This document shows positions 59,256 to 64,000 of a stretch of 64,000 bases of DNA, piece after piece. The first letter of the stretch is position 1, and each line of letters opens with the position of its first letter. Source of the DNA: a virus. A program made the translations under genes and the position numbers. The stretch lies in IMG/VR virus record IMGVR_UViG_3300045988_175328, positions 128,001 through 192,000 of that record; one strand, 5' to 3'. The notes beneath the pieces were generated by a model. The model had not been told where the DNA came from. It did not search any database and was given only the letters and a program-made list of their open reading frames with translations.

Positions 59256-59639
59256 GTGGATGTTTACGATTTAGTAGGAAATCTAATCGTGAGCATCCCT
59301 AAGAGTGGTCGTGTAGCTCGTGTTCGGACAAGTAGCGAAAGAGTGGGCGCTATTTGTTCTAAGGATTTTAGCTATCGAAAATACAATGAAGACGGTAGCT
59401 ATGAAGATACACCACTTAAAGGGAACCCACAATCTGGGCACCTGAATATATTCAAATCTGAGTATTCAGATGTCGAAGGGTTCCCTGAAACTATAGAACA
59501 GGGTGTGTATTATATTGTCAGTTCTATGGTGGCGTCTCGTATACAGAGTCATCAGGTTATTGCGCCTGGTCAGATTATGCGGGACGCCTCCGGCAAAGCC
59601 GTAGGATGCTGCGGTCTTAGTTATACTGCCGGAAGATAA
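59256..59639 (+). CDS. hypothetical protein (GTG start, uncertain)
   Basis: 127-aa ORF with no clear SD. It follows 58935..59225 by 30 nt. Confidence 0.45.
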   Translation: MDVYDLVGNLIVSIPKSGRVARVRTSSERVGAICSKDFSYRKYNEDGSYEDTPLKGNPQSGHLNIFKSEYSDVEGFPETIEQGVYYIVSSMVASRIQSHQVIAPGQIMRDASGKAVGCCGLSYTAGR

Positions 59640-59682
59640 ATTAATTAATTTAAATAGGGCCCGGATGCTCGAGGAGGTAATG

Positions 59683-59856
59683 ATGAAGAATATAATTATC
59701 GTATGCATGCTATCACTAATCTGCACTATAGCAATAGTGGAATTTTCAGTAGGCTTGTTCCCAGCATTAGCTGGGTATCCAGAAGCATTGGCTACAGCAG
59801 GAGCTATTTCTGTTGCAACTATTTCCTTCATGTTGTTTGACATGATAGGAGACTGA
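59683..59856 (+). CDS. small hydrophobic membrane peptide (57 aa)
   Basis: GAGGAGG at 59671-59677; the start is ATG 59680 or 59683. It has two hydrophobic segments and is a paralog of 59952..60122. Confidence 0.55.
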   Translation: MKNIIIVCMLSLICTIAIVEFSVGLFPALAGYPEALATAGAISVATISFMLFDMIGD

Positions 59857-59951
59857 AAAATCCTCGTTTATGAGGAGAAGTCCGTAATGACTGTAAACTA
59901 TTCTAATATATTTAATTAATTAAAGGGCGCAAATGCCCGGAGGAGGTTTCT

Positions 59952-60122
59952 ATGAGAGACGAAATCATTTTATTAATTTCCAGCATTGCAGTAGGAGTGG
60001 GAATTTCTACTCTTATTAATGAGGTTTTCCCTATATTAGTGGATTATCCATTAGTAATGTCTATCTTCGGAGGAATCATCTCAGGAGCGATATATTATTT
60101 TATTCACTTGTTATCATACTAG
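59952..60122 (+). CDS. small hydrophobic membrane peptide (56 aa), absent from the ORF track
   Basis: The full cassette lies upstream with GGAGGAGG SD. It encodes MRDEIILLISSIAVGVGISTLINEVFPILVDYPLVMSIFGGIISGAIYYFIHLLSY. Confidence 0.6.
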   Translation: MRDEIILLISSIAVGVGISTLINEVFPILVDYPLVMSIFGGIISGAIYYFIHLLSY

Positions 60123-60295
60123 TAGAATAAAATCCTCAGACCTCAGCAAGTCTTTAAACTACTCTTTCCTGACAGTTCCTAAGTATGAACATAAAACTGC
60201 TTATCTTTTAAAAATCCTCGCTTGTGAGGTGCTTGCGTAGAAATAGCAAGCTATATTATTTTAATTAGGCCTTAGGCCAGAAATGGAGTTTTATC

Positions 60296-60766
60296 ATGAA
60301 AACACAAAAATCTACAGAACGCAAATTAGTTAATTTTTCTAGCTACTTTAAACAAAAAGACGACAAAGTCTTTGGTGCTGCTGTATTGCACTGCGGCAAG
60401 GAAGTGCAAGTTGCTGCTTACAATGGCGGCAAAGCCCTTCATTCTATTGAAGGAGCTGTGTGTGCAGCAGCATGCGCAGCTACAGTAAATATGAAGAAGG
60501 GAGACCTCTTCACCATGATTGTTGACTTGAAGACATTACGCCAATTATGGTCTGCTATTAAAACTGGCAATGTAACTGATGACTTCGCAGGCAATGAGGC
60601 GGAACGCAATGCCGTTATCAAAATGGCCGAACGCGTTCCAGCCCTTCGGGCTCGCGGCATTATTGTGAACATTCGTGCTCATAAAGATGTCTATGCAAGT
60701 GGAGGATACTTAGCAGGGCAACTCCCAATTTGGAGCCGTATGGCTACCAAAGCTATGAACATCTAA
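60296..60766 (+). CDS. hypothetical protein
   Basis: Leader hairpin plus TGGAG SD. 156-aa ORF, Ala/Cys-rich in the centre (GAVCAAACAATV). Confidence 0.6.
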   Translation: MKTQKSTERKLVNFSSYFKQKDDKVFGAAVLHCGKEVQVAAYNGGKALHSIEGAVCAAACAATVNMKKGDLFTMIVDLKTLRQLWSAIKTGNVTDDFAGNEAERNAVIKMAERVPALRARGIIVNIRAHKDVYASGGYLAGQLPIWSRMATKAMNI

Positions 60767-60851
60767 ATCCTCTGACCTGAGCATGTCGGTAAACTGCTCA
60801 ATTATTTAATTTAATTTAATTAAGGGCGGCAAATCGCCCGAGGAGGTTTAT

Positions 60852-61337
60852 ATGCAAACTTTGAAAATTAACAATCCTACAAGAAACTTAATTGAGATGA
60901 CTTTAGAGGTCACAAAATTAAACGGCACTATTGAACAAGACGGCAATGCTGTTATCATTAATTTGCCAGAAGAACAGGTGTCTGCCTTTGTAGAATGGTA
61001 CGGTGGTACTGGACTTAAGGAGACTGCCCTTGCCATCGCAAAGAAAGCAGGAGCATTAACTGCCAAAGCAGGAGACCTTACGAAAGTAGGGACTGTTGCT
61101 TTAGGAAAATTATCTTTCAAGACAGCCTTCGGTATGACTCGCAGAGCCATTGAGGCGACCGCGGGGATCACAGCTGCGGCCGTTAATGGCGCCAAAGAAG
61201 CTTATAGCGAAATGGTAAGTTCTGACGAGTTCAGAGCTGTTAAAGAATCTTTTAGTTCTGGACGCGGCAACGGCATTGAATTTGTCGAAATGACACCGGT
61301 TGTTCAAGCTGAAGTAGCAGAAGTTGTAGAAGGATAG
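60852..61337 (+). CDS. hypothetical protein
   Basis: Full cassette plus GAGGAGG SD. 161-aa ORF. Confidence 0.6.
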   Translation: MQTLKINNPTRNLIEMTLEVTKLNGTIEQDGNAVIINLPEEQVSAFVEWYGGTGLKETALAIAKKAGALTAKAGDLTKVGTVALGKLSFKTAFGMTRRAIEATAGITAAAVNGAKEAYSEMVSSDEFRAVKESFSSGRGNGIEFVEMTPVVQAEVAEVVEG

Positions 61338-61409
61338 AAATCCTCAGACCTGAGCAAGTCGTTAAACTGCTTAATTTAAATTGAATTATATTTTATGGAG
61401 GGAACTGTC

Positions 61410-61523
61410 ATGAATAAAGAAGTTAAACAAATTATTGCATCTATCGGAGTATTAGGATTGTGTTACGCAGTCGGATACGCTATTGGCTATTTCGGATTTA
61501 ATCTTGTTAAGAAAATTAAATAA
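61410..61523 (+). CDS. small membrane peptide (37 aa), absent from the ORF track
   Basis: TGGAGGG SD 8 nt upstream. It encodes MNKEVKQIIASIGVLGLCYAVGYAIGYFGFNLVKKIK, one TM segment with basic ends. Confidence 0.5.
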   Translation: MNKEVKQIIASIGVLGLCYAVGYAIGYFGFNLVKKIK

Positions 61524-61533
61524 AGGAGGCTAC

Positions 61534-61794
61534 ATGACTATTTCTGAACTTGAGGGCGCCATTAAAATGATGTTCATCATTTACGGCGAGCCGACCGCAA
61601 CGAATATTGGCTACGGTGTTTTCAGAGTCACCGCTAGTGATGCTGAAATCCTTATTGAGAGGATTGATACTACTGGTGGATCTAGTATTAAACTGACTGG
61701 TCCGTCTGGTTCTATTGAAAAAGACGAGCCGTCTTTAGAATTTAGATTGTTGGTTGACCGTCTAGAGCGAGTTGTAGACGGTTATAATTATTAG
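61534..61794 (+). CDS. A-module-only member of a small-protein family
   Basis: AAAGGAGG lies 5 nt before ATG 61534; the track start at 61483 would overlap the 37-aa peptide gene. It resembles the N-terminal halves of 61817 and 62582. Confidence 0.6.
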   Translation: MTISELEGAIKMMFIIYGEPTATNIGYGVFRVTASDAEILIERIDTTGGSSIKLTGPSGSIEKDEPSLEFRLLVDRLERVVDGYNY

Positions 61795-61816
61795 TTTATC
61801 TGTAAGGAGAAACATT

Positions 61817-62302
61817 ATGGAATTACAAGTAATTAAAGGTATGGTTATTGCGGCAAAATTAGCAAACAAATTTATGGGCGGCGCCTTGGAAAACAATCGT
61901 GCCGAGCTCCAAATCGGTGACGTGAATTTAGTTATTTACAGCGCTGGCGGAAACGAGGTAGTAATTGCTCCAACTTCTATGGAGATGTGGTATGACCCAA
62001 TCCATGTTGAAGGAACTTTGGAAACTGTCTTCGATACCATCGGAGAGATGCTAAAAGAAGCTGTCGAAGATGACGAAGACTCTCCATATCGTTACGAGTT
62101 TCCTAACTTAGAGCGCCTTGTCGAGTATATCGAGAAAGAAACAGGTGTCGTAGCTAACGAACATCCTAAATGCTATACTAAAGAATGGGACGGTATTATG
62201 GAATTCGACGAGTTCAAAATCGTTTTCTTTGGGCCATACCATGGTACTGTATATGTGCCGGAAGATTACAAACTTAACTTTGTGTTGAAAGAGTTACCAT
62301 AA
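61817..62302 (+). CDS. A+B two-module family protein
   Basis: Clearly and extensively similar to 62582..63061 along its whole length, e.g. SPYRYEFPNLERLVEYIEKETGVVANEHPK...FKIVFFGPYHGTVYVPEDYKLNFVLKELP. Confidence 0.7.
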   Translation: MELQVIKGMVIAAKLANKFMGGALENNRAELQIGDVNLVIYSAGGNEVVIAPTSMEMWYDPIHVEGTLETVFDTIGEMLKEAVEDDEDSPYRYEFPNLERLVEYIEKETGVVANEHPKCYTKEWDGIMEFDEFKIVFFGPYHGTVYVPEDYKLNFVLKELP

Positions 62303-62313
62303 GGAGAAATATT

Positions 62314-62568
62314 ATGGAATTAATTAAAGGATTATTCATTGGCGCCGCCTTACTAGGCAAACCAGTTCTCGTTAAGAAAGAACGGAAGGGCGTATACAAT
62401 TTTATTATCGGGCCGATCACAGTTTTTATCTATGATTGGGATGACAGTCGCACTATCGTCGGTATTGATGGACCAGAAGGTTCATACGAATCTTACAAAA
62501 TCGACGGGGATGTGAGAACAGTATTACACTACCTTGTAGATGTCAACAATAATATCGAGATTAAATAG
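62314..62568 (+). CDS. A-module-only family member
   Basis: MELIKGLFIGAALLGKP... parallels MELQVIKGMVIAAKLANK... and MKIIEGLIMAARLANK... Confidence 0.6.
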   Translation: MELIKGLFIGAALLGKPVLVKKERKGVYNFIIGPITVFIYDWDDSRTIVGIDGPEGSYESYKIDGDVRTVLHYLVDVNNNIEIK

Positions 62569-62581
62569 GAGTATTATTGCT

Positions 62582-63061
62582 ATGAAAATTATTGAAGGTT
62601 TAATTATGGCTGCAAGATTAGCAAATAAAGATATAACATATCGACTAGAAATTAATTATGCCGAATTTAAGATTGGAGATATTACTTTAGATATCTACAT
62701 AAAAGATAAAAATATAGTTATGATTACTCCGACTTGTGAGAACATGTGGGGACAGCCACTCTATATCGAAGGAACAGTCGGGTCTGTTTTCTCTGATATC
62801 TTAGACATGGTAAACGAATCAGATGTCGATTCTGAGAATTCTCCGTATCGTCAGCGCTTTTCAAATTTAAAATCTTTGGTTGAGTACATCGTAAAAGAAA
62901 CGGGAGCTATTGCAGGAGAACATCCCAAACGTTATATCGAAGAGTGCGCTGACGTTATCGAATTCATTGAATTTAAAGTTGTATTATTCGGGCCATATCA
63001 TGGAACAGTGTATGCTCCCGAAGATTACCAACTGAACTTTGTTTTAGACGAATTACCGTAA
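62582..63061 (+). CDS. A+B two-module family protein (paralog of 61817..62302)
   Basis: TAGGAG SD before ATG 62582; the track start at 62540 overlaps the upstream gene. SPYRQRFSNLKSLVEYIVKETGAIAGEHPK...FKVVLFGPYHGTVYAPEDYQLNFVLDELP. Confidence 0.7.
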   Translation: MKIIEGLIMAARLANKDITYRLEINYAEFKIGDITLDIYIKDKNIVMITPTCENMWGQPLYIEGTVGSVFSDILDMVNESDVDSENSPYRQRFSNLKSLVEYIVKETGAIAGEHPKRYIEECADVIEFIEFKVVLFGPYHGTVYAPEDYQLNFVLDELP

Positions 63062-63070
63062 GGAGAATTT

Positions 63071-63295
63071 ATGATGGTATTATATTTCGATACAGTTGAG
63101 GAGCTTATCGAATATTTTAAAAAGAAATCTGGATTCGAGCCGGGGCCTGTGAAAATTATTCGTTATTCTGATGGCGCATTCGATATTGTATATGGAGATA
63201 TCGAGCTAGAATTCGAGAATAAGATTAAAGGTTCCGTCTTGTTCTGTGGCGACTTTATGGTTCGCTTCGAACTTGGCACTCCCGTCGTAATCTAA
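63071..63295 (+). CDS. B-module-only family member
   Basis: FDTVEELIEYFKKKSGFEPGP...IELEFENKIKGSVLF parallels the C-terminal halves of 61817 and 62582. Confidence 0.6.
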   Translation: MMVLYFDTVEELIEYFKKKSGFEPGPVKIIRYSDGAFDIVYGDIELEFENKIKGSVLFCGDFMVRFELGTPVVI

Positions 63296-63347
63296 AAAAT
63301 CCTCGTTGGCGAGGTCGTATTTAAAATTTAATTAAGGAGGAATTATT

Positions 63348-63611
63348 ATGAACATGTCTTATTACGGAAGCTTATTTGATTTGGTAGAAGATATTAAAAA
63401 AGACTGCGGCGGATGGGAAACGTACAGTTATAAAGCCAAAGGCAATCAGTTAGACATTGAATTCTTTTTGGGCGACGATATCGTATGTAAGGCTGTCTTC
63501 GTGTTCGAGAAAAACTTAATCGAAGGATCTTATGTTGTCGACGAAGATATTTATGACTTCTCGGTTAAAACGGATGAAGTATTACACCATTTGTTTGCAC
63601 GTTTAGGTTAG
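63348..63611 (+). CDS. B-module-like small protein
   Basis: AAGGAGG SD. YGSLFDLVEDIKKDCGGWE helix. Preceded by motif copy 12 and followed by a terminator. Confidence 0.6.
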   Translation: MNMSYYGSLFDLVEDIKKDCGGWETYSYKAKGNQLDIEFFLGDDIVCKAVFVFEKNLIEGSYVVDEDIYDFSVKTDEVLHHLFARLG

Positions 63612-63617
63612 TTGCTT

Positions 63618-63644
63618 GGGTCCTTCGGGACCCTTATTCTTTTA
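63618..63644 (+). terminator. rho-independent terminator (UUCG tetraloop)
   Basis: GGGTCC (63618-63623), loop TTCG, GGACCC (63628-63633), then TTATTCTTTT. Confidence 0.75.
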
Positions 63645-63657
63645 TCTGGAGGTTACT

Positions 63658-63891
63658 ATGTCTATTGAATGGATTAAAGATATGTTTATTAAATTAAAAG
63701 ATGAGGCCGGAGCTATTGTCGGCATTGGTAATATGCATGACTATGATTTCGGGAAGATGTCTTTTAATTTTATCGACATGGACTTTGGAGTTGTCGGCGT
63801 CTCTTTCTGGGAAGGAGATGACGTATTTAATTTTGACGTATGCGCCGACTATGAAGAATTAATTAATGAACTTAATAGTATTCTAGGATAA
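63658..63891 (+). CDS. B-module-like small protein
   Basis: TGGAGG SD before ATG 63658; the track start at 63616 would run through the terminator hairpin. IEWIKDMFIKLKDEAGAIVG helix. Confidence 0.6.
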   Translation: MSIEWIKDMFIKLKDEAGAIVGIGNMHDYDFGKMSFNFIDMDFGVVGVSFWEGDDVFNFDVCADYEELINELNSILG

Positions 63892-63901
63892 GGAGAACTA
63901 T

Positions 63902-64000
63902 ATGGAAAACTTGTGCGAATTATTAATGGAAGAAAAAGAAATAGGATTAGTTCAGTCTGTCGAGATTGAAGACGACTTATATCTATATGAATATCCAAGC
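63902..64000 (+). CDS. hypothetical protein, 3'-truncated by the window edge
   Basis: AAGGAGA SD 5 nt before ATG 63902. The frame is open to the end of the window (MENLCELLMEEKEIGLVQSVEIEDDLYLYEYPS...). Confidence 0.5.
   Translation, partial: MENLCELLMEEKEIGLVQSVEIEDDLYLYEYPS

Larger units (their letters stand above)
57981..60839 (+). promoter_or_regulatory. family of GC hairpins placed 2-6 nt upstream of the Shine-Dalgarno of six small genes (5'-leader stem-loops)
   Basis: GGGCGCATGCCC 57981-57992; GGCGGCAAATCGCC 58611-58624 and 58906-58919; GGGCGCAAATGCCC 59925-59938; GGCCTTAGGCC 60268-60278; GGGCGGCAAATCGCCC 60824-60839. Each is preceded by TTAATTTAATT-type AT tracts and followed by GGAGG and an ATG. 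Confidence 0.7.
57577..63314 (+). repeat. dispersed intergenic motif family: 12 copies of AAATCCTC-(short loop)-GAGG hairpin, usually paired with a TAAACT box
   Basis: AAATCCTC starts at 57577, 57739, 57798, 57904, 58551, 58842, 59858, 60130, 60212, 60765, 61338 and 63297. TAAACT lies at 57885, 58496, 58534, 58586, 58832, 58884, 59894, 60155, 60790 and 61363, with variants CAAACT at 57726 and AAAACT at 57780 and 60193. All copies are between ORFs. Confidence 0.85.

Noticed and set aside
57577-63314. Could the AAATCCTC hairpin repeats be a CRISPR array?
   Set aside because: The repeats are only ~18 nt and imperfect beyond the 8-mer. They are irregularly spaced (59 nt to 2 kb), and the 'spacers' contain SD-preceded protein genes. 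No cas genes are present.
1-64000. Searched by eye for tRNA genes, integrase/recombinase, reverse transcriptase (DGR/retron), CRISPR-Cas and toxin-antitoxin pairs
   Set aside because: No T-loop/cloverleaf candidates, no YxDD or recombinase motifs and no template/variable repeat pairs were seen near the fibre genes. Absence by eye is weak evidence and should be confirmed with tRNAscan-SE and HMM searches.

Overview
This window is AT-rich and every convincing gene lies on the + strand. It reads as a segment of a large tailed dsDNA phage of a low-GC Gram-positive host, judged from GGAGG-type Shine-Dalgarno sites, occasional TTG/GTG starts and hairpin plus T-run terminators. I see six modules. 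(1) 1-21.9 kb holds tightly coupled operons of large virion (tail, baseplate, fibre-like) proteins. The first gene appears to be split by an ORF-less group I intron. (2) 21.9-33.6 kb is a replication and nucleotide module: DnaB-family ATPase, DUF1064-type nuclease, sigma-like protein, DHFR, RecJ-like DHH exonuclease, and a Pol III alpha (DnaE) gene. The DnaE gene carries one intein and two sibling group I introns around a 219-nt micro-exon. (3) 33.7-51.9 kb is a second fibre and receptor-binding module. It contains a tandem array of diverged paralogs, a 1670-aa Ala-rich repeat fibre, a second repeat fibre, two tail-collar/HxH fibre tips and an amidase_2 lysin. (4) 51.9-52.6 kb is a C-poor non-coding region with two 107-bp-period direct repeats. 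(5) 52595-57397 encodes a 1600-aa protein carrying the QxR...KG, RxPH and DFDGD signatures of two-barrel (YonO / RdRP-like) polymerases. (6) 57.4-64 kb holds about 18 small early-type genes, including multigene families. They are separated by a repeated cassette of an AAATCCTC hairpin, a TAAACT box, an AT tract and a GC hairpin abutting the SD. I did not notice this cassette anywhere in the first 52 kb. The most interesting candidate system is the giant polymerase-like gene together with this private motif set and its small-gene arrays. All calls come from reading the sequence by eye; no searches were run.
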